DNA of 64,000 nt from Eledone cirrhosa (lineage: Eukaryota). Of the stretch, positions 49,617 through 63,586 are shown one piece after another. The notes under the pieces are model-generated. The model was given only the letters and a program-made list of their open reading frames with translations. It made no database searches and was not told where the DNA came from. The stretch covers positions 43,028,001 to 43,092,000 of the forward strand of contig OZ024745.1 of assembly GCA_964016885.1 (NCBI GenBank), written 5' to 3'. Within the stretch, counting starts at the first letter, position 1; each line of letters opens with the position of its first letter. Made by a program: the position numbers and the translations under genes.

Positions 49617-50766
49617 AATGACCACTTTACAGTGTGGACTGGGCACTTTTTGTCACCAAAATGACTACTTTACAGTGTGGACTGGGCACTTTTTGTCACC
49701 AAAATGACCACTTTATAGTGTGGACTGGAACTTTTTGTCATCAACATGACCACTTTACATAGTGGACTGGGCAATTTTTGTCACCAAAATGAGCACTTGA
49801 TAGTGTGGACATGGGCACTTTTTGTTACCAACATTGACCACTTTATATTGTAGAGTGGGCACTTTTTGTCATCAACATTGACCACTTTACAGTGTGGACT
49901 GGGAACTTTTTGTCACCAGCATGACCACTTTGTAGTGTGGACTGGGCACTTTTTGTCACCAACATTGACCACTTTGTAGTGTGGACTGGGCACTTTTTGT
50001 CACCAACATTGACCACTTTGTAGTGTGGACTGGGCACTTTTTGTCACCAACATTGACCACTTTACAGTGTGGACTGGGCACTTTTTATCACCAACTGACT
50101 ACTTTACAGTGTGGACTGGGCACTTTTTGTCACCAACATGACCACTTTACAGTGTGGACTGGGCACTTTTTGTCAGCAAAATGACCACTTTACAGTGTGG
50201 ACTGGGCACTTTTTGTCACCAGCATGACCATTTTATAGTGTGAACTGGGCACTTTTTGTCACCAAAATGACCACTTTACAGTGTGGACTGGGCACTTTTT
50301 GTCACCAACATGACCACTTTACAGTGTGGACTGGGCACTTTTTGTCACCAACATGACCACTTTACAGTGTAGACTGGGCTCATTTTGTCACCAACATGAC
50401 CACTTTATAGTGTGGACTGGGCACTTTTTGTCACCAACATTGACCACTTTACAGTGTAGACTGGGCACTTTTTGTCACCAACATTGATCATTTTACAGTG
50501 TGGACTGGGCACTTTTTGTCAGCAATATGACCACTTTATAGTGTGGACTGGGCACTTTTTTTCACCAAAATGACCACTTTACAGTGTGGACTGGGCACTG
50601 TCAGCAACATGACCACTTTACAGTGTAGACAGGGAACCTTTTGTCATGGCTCCAAGATGACCACTTTACAGTGTGGGCTGGGTGCTTTTGTTGAGGCTCC
50701 AAAACGATCACTTTACAGTGTGAACTGAGTGCTTATGTTGAAACTCCAAGATGATCACTTTACAGT
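49617..50766. repeat. Tandem array, ~27 copies of a 41-42-bp unit derived from an RTE 3'UTR motif
   Basis: ATGACCACTTTACAGTGTGGACTGGGCACTTTTTGTCACCAAC repeated head to tail without spacers. Confidence 0.95.
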
Positions 50767-51597
50767 GTACTTCACCTTTGAATAAAACCTTTCAGCTGAA
50801 ATATTAGGTTTATTGAATATGTTAATCTTTTGTTTTTATTGCTATTTATTCCAAACCACATTAACATGGCTTTCTAAATCCCTAACACCTTAGTGCCAAT
50901 GTTGTCTACTATAGCCTAAAGTTGACCTATGCCATGTGAGTAAAATTTGGTAGATAGTAACTGTGTGAAAGCTTGTGCACACGTGTGTGTATGTCTGTAA
51001 TAGGTTTCTATCTGGGTTCAAAATCAGCAAATTTTGATTTGGTTTCAAATTACATGGAGAAAAACATCTGACCTTTGCCAACAGACTGTAACAAAGAAAA
51101 AAAGTGAAAGTCTGTTGTTCATAACCAATCATGTGTGATTCCTCTCTACAATATAAAAAGAGGCTTGGAAAACCCCAAAACATCAATGGGTACACAGACA
51201 TTCAATAAAGTCTCTGTTAAAAGTCATCTCAGGTCCCAAATGTTGCCTGCACACACACATACACACATATGCACACACACACACACCACTTTCAGTTCTG
51301 AATCAAAATCAAACTCATTTCCTACCCTCAATTCATGAAACTGCACACACACACACACCACTTTTAAATATCACATATTTTCTGTTATTGTATCATAATG
51401 ATTCAATGTAATTATATTTATTACTAAAGTTATAAATGTTTATAATCTAAGTGATGTGTTATTGTTTTTGATGTGTCTTTCCTACCTTCGCCGCCTCACA
51501 TCCTCTACACTTACACACATCTACATTCAGTTCATGTGTCTGTGTGTATGCCTGTAGGTGAGTGTGTTTGTATGTGTGTGTGTGTGTATGTGTGTAT

Positions 51598-52034
51598 GAA
51601 GGCACATGGCTCAATGGGCTTGCAATCGAAAGGTTGTGAGTTCAATTCTCGGACCGGGTGATGTGTTGTTTCCTTGAGCAAGACACTTTATTTCACATTG
51701 CTCCAGTTTACTCAGCTGTAGAAATGAGATGATAGGGACTGGGGTCCCTATCATTCCACTGCAAAGTGGTCGTGGAGGTGCCACAGTAAAAAAGCACCCA
51801 GCCCACACTGTAAAGTGGACGTGTAGGCGCCACGGAAAAGAAAGCACCCAGCACTCACTGTAAATGAGGTTGGTGTTAGGAAGTGCATCCAGCTGTAGAA
51901 ATCAAGCCAGAATCAGTTCCCGTATGAGCAAGACAAGGGCAGCTGACCGGACACTGCCCACAACAGGACAAACCGTCTAACCCATGGTAGTGTGGAAGAA
52001 CGGACGTAAAACGGTGATGATGATGAGGATGATG
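51598..52034 (+). mobile_element. tRNA/CORE SINE with full family-A RTE tail
   Basis: Head as in 9111-9448; tail matches 46410-46638. Confidence 0.88.
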
Positions 52035-52036
52035 CA

Positions 52037-52248
52037 TGTGTCACGACAAAAAAAAACACACAGTCCACGCTGTAAAGTGGTTGTGTAAGAAACACAGTAA
52101 AAAGTTCCCAGTCCACACTGTAAATGTGGTTGGTGTTAGGAAGGAGTATACGAGGGAGATGCAGTCACCCGATCAATCTTACCTCAAGTGGTACAATTCC
52201 CATCTAACCCATGCTAGCATGGAAGATAGATGTTAAACGATGATGATG
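52037..52248 (+). mobile_element. RTE 3'UTR-only insertion
   Basis: Matches 4884-5120. Confidence 0.75.
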
Positions 52249-53139
52249 TTTGTATGTGAATGTGTGTTTGTATGTGTGTGTATGTGTGTGTATGTTGGTG
52301 TCTATATTTATTGTTTATGTCCTTTAAAAAAAAAGAACTCAATATATGTTACGATCGATCTCAAATTCAAATGAAAGATATGAAAATTACTGGAAAGCAA
52401 AAAGTTTGATTTCAATTATATAATGATATAATAAATTTATTCATTATATAAATTACATAATAATTTTATTCATTATATAAATTATATAATAAATGTATTC
52501 ACAAGCAAATGGTCTGTAGGGGAGGAGAAAACCTGCATCGTAAATCATACACCACACGGGGTGCTGGAGTTTCCTTCTAATAATCTTTTGAAGCAAGTCT
52601 ACACACTTGCAAAATTGCTGCAAGCACCCTCACAAGCATTAACTGATGTGTCAGTAAGGCAAGCCATCAACAATGGCAAGAACTTTGTTGTCAGAGGCTC
52701 AGCTTCCCAATCATCTCAAATACCAGATGCTGAGAAAAAAACTAACAAAAAAAAAACCAGTTTGCCATAACAAATACTAGGCGGTCAATTGGCAGAATCG
52801 TTAGATTGTCCGATAGAATGCTTTGCAGTATTTGTTTTGGCTCTCTGAGGTAAATCCCACCAAGGTCAACTCTGCCTTTCATCCATTCAATATTGTTAAA
52901 AAAAGTACCAGTTAAGTATTGGAGTCAATTCTTTCTCTATATCTCTTTCTCACTTTCATTCTCTCACTCTCTCTATCCCTCTCAGGCCTGGAGAGGAAAT
53001 GGTCTCCATCAGGATTTTAAAAAAAACAATGTACTAGAAATGCTGATGTCAATATGGCGCCTCTATGACTCCCTCGGGAGTTACAAGAACATGCATGCAT
53101 ATCAAATACTAGTATAACAAATTGAACAATAATACTTAC

Positions 53140-53344
53140 CAGCATTCAAAATTAACTTCATCTCCTCCTGCATGGATATATTTATCAGGAAAAATCATGC
53201 TGAATTCGTAAAGTAATTTCTTCATAAAGGCATATGTTGTATTCAAAATTGGATTGATAGGACCATATTTCCCATTGGGAGAGGCTTTATTGAAACATGG
53301 TGTAAGAAGTTCTTTATGAGAAAGACCCCAAGACTTAGTATGAC
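53140..53344 (-). CDS. HEXA/HEXB: Beta-hexosaminidase catalytic exon, HTKSWG...YIHAGGDEVNFEC(W)
   Basis: 205-nt exon, phase 1->2; intact H.GGDE catalytic Asp-Glu pair. Confidence 0.96.
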
Positions 53345-53884
53345 CTGAATTAAAAAAAAAAGATTACATATATGCTAGCATGCCTGTTTGATTAAGGAGT
53401 TTGCTTCACAACCATTTAGTTTGGAGTTTAATCTGTTTGTCATATGTTGTATGGAAGATATATCCAATCAACTCCAGCACATAAATACAGGAGTTACCTT
53501 ATAAGCCGACCCCACTATTTTATATCTGACAAATAGGTAAAAATCCAAACCTTATTTACATAGAATTTGAAGTTGGCAAAAATTATCTAAATATTGACCC
53601 CGAATATAAGCCACTCCCCTTTCTACCATCAAATTTTTGGTCACATATTCCTCAGTTTATATTTGAGTATATACAGTAATATACTAAACACACATGTACA
53701 CACACACAACCACTTTTTTATGCAGAGACACATGAATGCATGTATGCCACTATACACACACATACACCCTCTCATATACCATGCTATTTTTTAAACTTTT
53801 ATGATATAAAAATCCATACCTGATGTGTTTAAGTCTGGTTACATGTTAAGCCACTGTGGCTCCATAGTGGATGCTTTCAACCAT

Positions 53885-54262
53885 CATGCCGTCACAATAG
53901 ACGTCACCTCCCATGTCATGCCGTTACAATACAGTTCACCTCCCATGTCATGTTGTCACAGTATAGGTCACCCCTCATGCCATGCTGTTACAGTGCAGGT
54001 CACCTATCATGTCATATTGTCACAATACAGGTCACCTCTCATGTCATGTCACACAGCAGGTCACCTCTAATGTCATACTGTCGCAGTGCAGGTCACCTCT
54101 CATGCCATGCTGTCAGTGCAGGTCACTTCTCATGTCATACTGTCACAGTGCCGGTCACCTCTCATATCATGCTATCTCAGTGCCGGTCACCTCCCATGTC
54201 ATACTGTCATAGTTACAGGTCACCTCTTATGCCATGCTGTCACAGTGCAGGTTGCCTCCTAT
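53885..54262. repeat. Minisatellite, ~12 copies of a ~31-32-bp unit
   Basis: CAGTGCAGGTCACCTCTCATGTCATACTGTCA variants. Confidence 0.88.
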
Positions 54263-54619
54263 ATCATGGTGAGTTCAATGAGATAATTAAGCATGACATA
54301 GATTCTGATAGCTTCTCTTCACATCTCAAGCCGGTAGGGTTGGGCCGAGGGATGACAAAAGACCAGATGGTGTTGCATCCTTCCCATTTTGCAGAAGGTA
54401 GGCCCTCAATTGGGGCACAACATGTGACACTTTCTCCAGTATTCTTCCACATTATCCAGGCTTATATCATTGGGGTATTAGTGCTTAAACTACCAAACTT
54501 CAATGATACCAGACCTTTTCCATCCATAGAAGTTACTTTCTTCATTCAAAACACTGACCACCTTTATTTTATCAATCCAGGTAAGATGAAAAGCAAAGTT
54601 ACAGTTTTAAAACACATAC

Positions 54620-54728
54620 CTGGTGTGTCTAACTCTGGTACCACTCTAATGCCTAACAAACGAGCCTTTTCAATAATTTCCTTCACATCAACTTGAGTGT
54701 AAACATGTGTCACAGGATTAAATGCTCC
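54620..54728 (-). CDS. HEXA/HEXB: Beta-hexosaminidase exon, [36 protein letters not shown](G)
   Basis: 109-nt exon, phase 0->1; GIRV.PE.DTPG motif. Confidence 0.95.
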
Positions 54729-54764
54729 CTGTTAATGAAAACAGAACAAAATTATGAATTGTTA

Positions 54765-54811
<47 letters not shown>

Positions 54812-55744
54812 ATGAGAGTAAGTGCTAGTTATTGGGTAGGTGTGAATATGGGTGTAAATGATTTTATAAAATTTGTTGGAATTCTTTAGGGACTACACAG
54901 TATGTATGAAAATAACAAAGTAAGGGATTTCACTTATGGAAAAAAACATGTAAGTTGGTTATATTGTTGTAGTTTATTTTATTGAGTTGGCAGTTAGATT
55001 AGATCTCTAACATGATTTGGCTTGGCTGCAATTTTTAATGAGGGAATACAATATTTTAATATCATTTTAATTTATGATTCTGTGGTATTTGTGGCAGGAT
55101 GGAAAGTGTTTGTGTAATAATTTCAAGAATAACATCAAAAATAGACTGAACAATGGGGCCAATACATGTCCAGAATGCAGCACTATAGTTCAAAGGATTC
55201 ATTACTGTATGTCATAGCATGTAGTATGGTCCTCAGACAGATAGTCATGCTATATCTGCAAAACTTGATATCTAATACAAACATTGTGATTCAGGTCAGT
55301 ACAGAGCTTATCTAGGACAACACAGCAATACTACTATTGTCAAAACCACTTGCAATGTTTGAGAGGACATAAACATAAAACCTGAAACTGTTCCTGGTTT
55401 TATATTTATATTATCTGCTTAACAAGTGTGCTATACTTACACATATCTGTGTTTTCCTCGGCTTCTATTGTATGGATGGACAGACAGAACAAAATTTGTT
55501 ATGCCGACATACATGGATGAAGTGTGCGACAAAACTAGTTGTTGTTCCAAAATAGAAATTTGCCTGGAAAATTACGTCTTTCATCTATGCACAGAACCCG
55601 AGAAATATTTTCGAAATTGATGGATTGAATGTGGTAAATGCCGTGTTCCTGTCTGCTTTCAATGTGCCACAGACTTTCTGAAGATCCCAGCTCAAAAAAA
55701 GGGACACCATATTTTTATGATGGATGGACTCTGGGAAATGGTCC

Positions 55745-56590
55745 AGCTACCAAATTGGTCCTTTCAGTGCTTGTGAATGTGACCTGGACATTGTTGTCAA
55801 CATCTCTAAAATTGTCACGAAGGCCGAGGGTGTCTTAGCTTCACTCAGTAAGACCTTTGTCAGCCACTTTCCAGCTATCTATTTAAAGCACTATATATCT
55901 ATGGTGCATCTACACTTAGAATTTGCATCACCAATCTGGAACTCTTATCTTGCTCAGAATATTGATCTCCTGGAAACTGTTCAGAAACATGCAACCAAAT
56001 GAATAACCTCCATCAGGCATCTACACCTTGCTTCGCTGGGCATTGATACATTACCCTATGTACTATACATACACTTTTGATGAGTTGTAGTGCACCTGAG
56101 CACTGTACACAATAATTTCATTATTATTATTATTATTAAAGCTCTGACATCTGGCAACTGACTTGATAGACACTCACAAGATTATTAACCATCTTTCCAA
56201 CAACTCTGGATACCTTTTTGAATTCCATATGTCTAACACCCATGGACATGTTTTCAAAATCAGAAAGCATTACAGCTCCCATGAATTTCGGAAGCATTTT
56301 TTCATGCCCAGAGTTGCTGAAGCATGGAACAAACTACCTGGATCAGTTGTTAACTGTTGAAGCACTGCTTCCTTCAAAACTTCCATGCTTCCTGAAATTT
56401 GTCAACACTACACCTTATATTCTCCCTCTATACTCATGCATGTGTGTGTGTGTGTGTGTGATGTGGTGGTGGTGGTGGTGTGTGTGTATCATGACTCATA
56501 CACTGGCATTTGTATATTATTCTCTGTACTAAACATGCACTTTTGATGAGTTGTAGTGCATTTGAGCACTGTACACAATAATTTTCATTA
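55745..56590 (+). mobile_element. CR1/L2-group LINE 3' fragment with an extra tail copy inserted at ~56050-56137
   Basis: HLEFASPIWNSYLAQNIDLLETVQKHATK and RKHFFMPRVAEAWNKLP motifs; stem-loop plus (ATT)n tail. Confidence 0.85.
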
Positions 56591-57117
56591 TTTATCTGCT
56601 CCTTTTAAAGTGTACATATTTATATTAAAACTTGCTATCATAATTTTATGTAAGAACCTTCATTAAGTTAAGTTCCAAACATCAACTTAGTAATGAAAAG
56701 TTCCTCAAAATTGTTGACTATTTTCAAAATTAACTGAAACAAATAGGCAGAGTATTTCATTTGAAATATAGCAATGAAATGGTTAAAACTCTCAAAGTAG
56801 AAATTATTTACTGCTCTGAAGTACTACAGCACTAAAATTAACAAGTGATGAGTTCACCTTCTTCTGGAGAGAGTTTGACTCTGTTAGACTAATTTGTCAG
56901 AGATAAACTACATGAAAATAAAATCTGCAGTGGTGCTTCAAAATGACCCACTGCTAAGTTGTTGTTGTATTGAGAGGGGCGAGGGGGAGGGGATATTAAA
57001 CTACCATAAGCAAAAAAAGAAAAAAGAAAAAAGAAAAAAGAAAAAAGAAAAAAGAAAAAAGAAAGAAAAAACAATTAGAAAGAGGATAAATAATGGGGAA
57101 AAAAAATCTATATTTAC

Positions 57118-57219
57118 TTTATTGCTGAGTTCTGGGAAGTAAAAACTTTCATATGGAAATGATTGGTCATCAACAATGTGCCAATGAAACACATTCAATT
57201 TGTTCTGTGACATGACATC
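57118..57219 (-). CDS. HEXA/HEXB: Beta-hexosaminidase exon, [34 protein letters not shown]
   Basis: 102-nt exon; [14 protein letters not shown] motif. Confidence 0.96.
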
Positions 57220-57971
57220 CTAAAATAGTAAGTAAAAATAATACCATCATTTTCCTTATAATTTTCATTACCAAAATTTCATTACACTGTAAATGTGGTT
57301 GGTGTTAGGAAGGGCATCCAACCATAGAAACCAAGCCAAAATCAGTCCTGTGTGAGCGAAACATGGTCCGCCGACCTGATCTCTCATAAAGGGACAGCCT
57401 GTCCTACCCATGCTAGTATGGAAAATGGACGTTAAACAATGATGATGATGATGATGATGATGAAAATCATCATCATTGTCCTCAACATAATCACAACAAT
57501 GCCCCACCAACATCACTACCATCATCATCATATTGAATAATACAACACAATGAGTAACACAACTACATGAGCTGTGATACAATTCCATGAACAATGGGTA
57601 TTTTCATGAGATTCTTCTATTAATGACAATTAGTTGAGAGCATTGTAGCTGACAAATTGGCAGAGTCATTAGAACGTCAGATAAAATGCTTTGTGATATT
57701 TGTTCCGGATCTCTGCACTCTGAGTTCAAATCCTGCTGAGCTCATCCTTTCAAGGTCGATAAAAAAAGTACCAGTCCATTACTGGGGTCGATTCTTCCAC
57801 TATATCTTCTCACTTTCACTCTATCACTCTCTCTCCTTCTCTGGAGAAGATGTTTATAAGGCAGTGAATTGGTAACAAGAGATGCTGATAACAGATAATA
57901 CTGAGATTAATACCGAATGAAAAGCAACAGAAATTACAGATGTAAGCTGAAGAAAATGTCTGTTTTCTTAC

Positions 57972-58082
57972 CAGATTTTTCAAGATTATTTCTTTAGAAA
58001 GAAAATGCCTTGATGTGTCAAGCAGTAAACCTCTGTGCTTGAACCTGGGATAATCTTCAACCAGGGTTTCATTGATGAGAAA
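57972..58082 (-). CDS. HEXA/HEXB: Beta-hexosaminidase exon, [37 protein letters not shown]
   Basis: 111-nt exon with canonical splice sites; [17 protein letters not shown]20 motif; same size as human HEXA exon 5. Confidence 0.96.
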
Positions 58083-59570
58083 CTATAAAGAGGGGAAAAA
58101 AGATCAATAAAATAATTAAGAATTAATAAATACAGAGGAATAGCAACAAACATGCTGTGATGAAGTTCACCTTCCCTGCTTTGCTGTGATTATGGACGTA
58201 TAAGTATAGACTGGAAAGTAGAGAAAGTTCAATATATTCAGACTGTCATATTGCACCCTATACAATTCATCACTGCATGACACAGTATGCAGTATGATCT
58301 TCAACTAAGCGGAGATATAGTATAGCCAGGTAGATGAATCTGTGGATCACACCTCATCATTTAGCTAATTTCCTGTGTGTTATAGAATTACTCAAGGCTG
58401 ATCTGAGGTTACACAATAACAACCACCACCACAACAATAGAAAATACAGCCACTTAGGAGCCTCTACACGTTTGCTTGCACTGCTAGAAAGAACAGCCAC
58501 ATCTCCATCAAATCACACCCATAACAGCTTGTCAAAAGACGCAGAACAGATATGTCATTGCTGGAATGACCTTTGATCACATATGTCTGTTCTATCTTAT
58601 CTGATGCTAAACAATAAATGACTAATATTTGCAAAGCTGAAATCTCAGTTTGTCTTTGATAACAAACTAAGGAATCAAATGTTACTACTCCATCAAATGC
58701 ACACATTTGAATACTCTCTTGGCCATATTTTGAGTAGAAGTTGCTGATAACTTTTACCTATGAGGGTTAAAGCAGGCAATGACTAAGAGTGCAAAGGGTA
58801 AAGAACCTCTTCAGTCATGATCATGGGTTTTGTACCTAGGAAGTTTCCCTGTAAGACACAAGCCTGGGCAAGGTGTTTTTGAGGAAGACCAGCTGTCGTC
58901 TGTGCATACAAGTCTCCCCTTTCCACACCACCAATGTTGTCCAAGGGAAAGGCAAAGGCCGATACAGCTTGGTACCAGTGACATCACAGCTCATTTCTAC
59001 TGCTGAGTGAACTGGAACAATGTGAAATCAAGCGTCTTGTTCAAGGACACAACACATCACTCGGTCTGGGAATCAAACTTACAATGTAGAAGTAAAATAT
59101 AAAGACAACTGGGGTTAGCTTGAAATGTTGTCTGGCTTTGTATCATTTTAGAAAATTCAAGGATTCCTATACATCTGTTTCCTCTACTATGTTTCAGTGG
59201 GAAGACTTTGACAATCTTATATATTTGATAGATATAAATGCCTTCAAAATCTGTTGGCTACAGCAGGATGTATGATATCCCTAAAAATCTTAATATTTGA
59301 GAAATGTTTCCAGGCAAAGAAAAGCAGTACGTTGCAATACTTGACACAGACAATCAGAATTTGCAGGCCTATCATATCTCTAATGTCAACTTGAATCACA
59401 CCAAATCATTGGGTCCTTGAGATTGAGTGTAATGATTGGCAAAGCTGCTCAACAGATTTATTGTCCCAATTATGATATTTCCTGAACTTGGGTTATTCTT
59501 TCACTGATTCTTCAATCATAACAAAAATATTTAAATGAATAACTTTGAAATAAATTATTACAATATTTAC

Positions 59571-59686
59571 CATTCCACTTTCAGTCCGGTATATAAGTTG
59601 GCTAAATGTTTCCAATCCATGGAGTGCTCCCCAAACACTAGGAGCAAATAACAACGAAGAGCCATCACCCTTGATGCTAAGCTCAT
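59571..59686 (-). CDS. HEXA/HEXB: Beta-hexosaminidase (GH20) coding exon, [38 protein letters not shown]
   Basis: AG/GT-bounded 116-nt exon, phase 1->0; [12 protein letters not shown] motif typical of hexosaminidases. Confidence 0.93.
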
Positions 59687-61942
59687 CTAAATGATAAAAA
59701 TAGATTTTCAGCATAAATTTCTATACATGTGAAAATTTCAGCATCAAAATGTTCAATACTAACAAGGCACTAAAGGGTCCATCAGATCCAGACAGTTGCA
59801 TATTTTATCAGTGTAGACATATTAAAATAACTGTATTTGTTCAAACTAATGACTAGAACTTATGTAATTATGTTACTTAAGTTTCATCCAAGAAGAATGA
59901 AAAAAGTGCAACTGCAGAAAGATGAAAGGCAAAGTAAGCCTGGCAATATTTGAATTTAGACAGTAGACAGAGTCTAAATTTTCCCATTTTGATACACCCC
60001 CCACCCCCCTGCAAAAAAAAAATGCTTTTAGTTCTATGAAACAGTATTACTCATTTTAAAGGGTTTTAAATTAGAATCCTCCAACATAACTTGGTCTAAG
60101 AACCTTTTGTTAAATTATGTTACAAATACTATCTAATATATAATTGTAATAATGAAATAATTTATAATTTTAGTAAAACCTTCAAATTCTTTATTAGTTA
60201 ATTCAAATGTAGCATATTTCATGAGAAATACAGTAATGAACGAGCTAATGTGCCATTATTGCTAGCTGTAATGGCACAGTAATGAACGAGTTAATATGCC
60301 ATAAAAATCTTGCCAAACAGAGAGTTGGAAGAACCCTTCAGTTGTGTCATAGTTATAACAACCTCCCACATGGTGTTGCCATGATAAAATGCTCTTGGTA
60401 GATGTTTGGACTGTATGTAAGTGAGATGTGGAACCCCCGTCTGACTAAGAGGTCAGTAGACCCACTTGAGTACTGACTTGGTCTATGAATACCTGTTCAA
60501 CCCTTGCTAGCAGGGAAAATGGATGTTAACTGAGAGTAAAGTTGAGAATAAGAAGAATTGAATATAGCATGCAAAGGAGATGGTATGGGCATGTGATGTG
60601 TAAGGGGAGCGAAAATTCCATAAAAGAAAAAAGTGCTGAACACTTGAGGTATATGGAACCTGTGAAACAGAAAGATCAAGGAAGAGACATGGAACAAAGT
60701 TGTGAAGATTAAACTAAATAAACTGAACCTCATGAAGGACTGAGCTGACTGGTGATATCCCATAATATAAAAGACTTGTATACAAGTTTAAACAGTGCAA
60801 CACTAAAAAATAGATGTGATGAGAGACTAGAAGCTACGGTGTTTGGCAGTCAAAATTGAACAGAGACAATAGAAGATTTGAGGGGACTCTTTAGTCTAGT
60901 TTAACATGTGACAACCTCTTTAGTGCTGGTACCACAATAAAATGCACCCAGAACATCCTGTTGGTACCACAATAAAATGTACCAAGTTCACTAAGTAAAG
61001 TTATAGGGTTGTAGTCATGAAAAATGCACCCAGCACACTCTGTAAGATAGTTGGAGTTAGAAAAGGAATCCAGCCAAAGAAACCATGTCAAATATGGAAC
61101 GTAATGAGCAAAATTGGTTGCTTTAGCCCATCTAGAGTCTGACCATGACAACAAATAATCTGTTATCTTTTCACTAGGTATGTTTCTTTCACTTGGTATA
61201 TTGATGAATTCTTTACTTCATCATCATCATTTAACATCTGCTTTCCCTGCTGGCAAGGGTTGGACTGGTTTACATAGACCAAGTCTGTATTCCCCTTATG
61301 TATGATCATATCGAGTGCAGAGTAGAAGTTGTTGTGTCTTTTGAAACAAACTGACGGGTCCTCCTAACCCCTTGTTTGGCAAAGTTTCTATAGCTTGATG
61401 CTCTTCCTAACACCAACCGCTTTACAGCGTGTACTGGGTGTTTTTACTGTGTAGATCATCAGCACTGGGGAGGTGTTGTGTCTTTGATACAACTAAAAGG
61501 CGCTCTCAACCCTTTTAAGCATGGTTTCTAGAATGGGGTGCCCTTCCTGTTGCCAACCACTCTTATGGAGTGTACCAGGTGCATTTCTGTAGCACCATCA
61601 CTGGAGAGGTTGTTGGTCACAGACTCAAGTGTAGAGCCCTCTCAGCACTGGGAGGGTGCAATAGGGGAGAGAAATAGGTATGAAGTTGTAGGTACATGTG
61701 GGGATTTGGTAGGGCAATAAACTATAAATTTGCTGTTGACTGTTTGGTGTATTTTTTAGTACTTTTTGAATATTCTATGAAAGTTATTTTATAGAATAAA
61801 GCTTTTAATTGAATGTCCTATTGTATGACACAAGCTGTCTTTTAGGTTTTCATAAGGTCATCATCATTTTATACCCCCTTTCAACACTGGCATGGGTTGG
61901 ACATGTTGTCATCATCTGAAACTAGATGGGTTAGTGCAACCA

Positions 61943-62390
61943 ATCATCATCATCATATCATCGTTTAACATCCATCTTCCATGCTAGCATAGGTTGGACG
62001 GTTTTGTTCCATTTGATATGGGATTGGTCGGAAGACCGTGTCTCGCTCGTACGGAAGTGTCTCTGGCAGGTTTTCTATGGCTGGATGCCCTTCCTAACAC
62101 CAACCACTTTTACAGTGTGGACTGGGAGCCTTTTTACCGTGTCTCCTACACGACCACTTTACAGTGTGGACTGAGTGCCTTTTGTTGTGTCACCAACACA
62201 GTGGATGGAAATGGAAGGATGGGGTAGGGTGTGTTGTATATTGGGTTAAGAGGTGCCTACTGACTATAGGTTTTTATACAAGGGAAGGCGGGTCTTCTAT
62301 ACAACTGCATGGAACCAAAGATCTCGATCCAGTGACATTGTCTTAGAGAGGTGTAAGTGAGCAAGGTCAGTTTTTTCAGAGAAGAACACC
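61943..62390 (-). mobile_element. RTE LINE 3' fragment
   Basis: Reverse complement similar to 4640-5120. Confidence 0.8.
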
Positions 62391-62857
62391 AAAGTTAAAA
62401 GTTCAAAGATTTAGGTTTGAATAGGTAATTAATACCGACAGTGTAAGAGATAATTAAATGAAGAGTTAATGAGAGCTAGGGAAGTGATGTACTACATTGA
62501 CCTAAAAAGTAACCACTGCTCTAAGACTTACGACTATTTTACAAAACAACTTGGTGTAATGAACATACATCTATAGCTACATGAGAGTATGTTGGATATT
62601 ACCATATTGTCTTTTTAAAATTAAATACCATATGTTTAAATGACTGTATAATTTGTTAATAAAGAGCACAGATAAAACAAAATACACAGAAGCAGTGTAG
62701 AAGTATATAAATAATAATTTCTACTATAGGCACAAGGCCCGCAATTTGGGGGAGGGGAAAGTCGATTAAATCGACCCCAGTGCATTACTGGTGTTTTATT
62801 TTATCAACCCCGAAAGGATGAAAAGCAGGATTTGAACTCTGAAGTATATAAATAATT

Positions 62858-63193
62858 CATCATTTCATTTTACGTCCGCTTTTTCCCTGCTTGCAAGGGT
62901 TGGACGGGAACTGATTCTGGCTTGATTTCTACAGCTGGATGCCCTTCCTAACACCAACCTCATTTACAGTGAGTGCCAGGGTGCTTTTTTGCCATGGCAC
63001 CTCCACAACCACTTTGCAGTGGAATGATATGGACCCCAGTCCCTATCATCTCATTTCTACAGCTGAGTAAACTGGAGCAATGTGAAATAAAGTGTCTTGC
63101 TCAAGGACACAACACATCACCCGATCTGAGAATTGAACTCACAACCTTTCGATTGCAAGGACAATGCTCTAACCACTAAGCCATGTGCCTCCA
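62858..63193 (-). mobile_element. tRNA/CORE SINE with chimeric RTE tail
   Basis: Near-identical to 9111-9448. Confidence 0.85.
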
Positions 63194-63586
63194 TTGTTTC
63201 TACTTTTGACACAAGGCCATCAATTACCTAGTGCATTACTGGTACTTTATTTTATCGACCCCGTAAGGATGAAAGGCCAAGTTAACCTCGGCGGGATTAG
63301 GCAAGTGTCATTTACCATAGCTTCATGTCGACTCATATCTTGTGAGTGAAATTGGATAGACGGAAATTGTTTAGAAGCCCAGCAAATGGACTGCACCTGT
63401 AATTAAAAGTACAGCTTTGTCAGATACTGGGTCATGATAAATCTCACTGAGAATTACGTTAAAGGTTCATGTGTCTGTGGAATTCTCTGCCACTTTCACA
63501 TTAATTTCATGAGCAGGCTATTCCATTGATCAAACAACTGGAATACTCATTATCAAAACCAACAGAGGTCTATTGATTGATTGGCC

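Noticed and set aside
49617-50766. CRISPR-like array
   Set aside because: Units are contiguous with no unique spacers, no cas genes are present, and the context is eukaryotic
53950-54696. 248-aa plus-strand ORF
   Set aside because: Product of a minisatellite plus the antisense strand of a hexosaminidase exon
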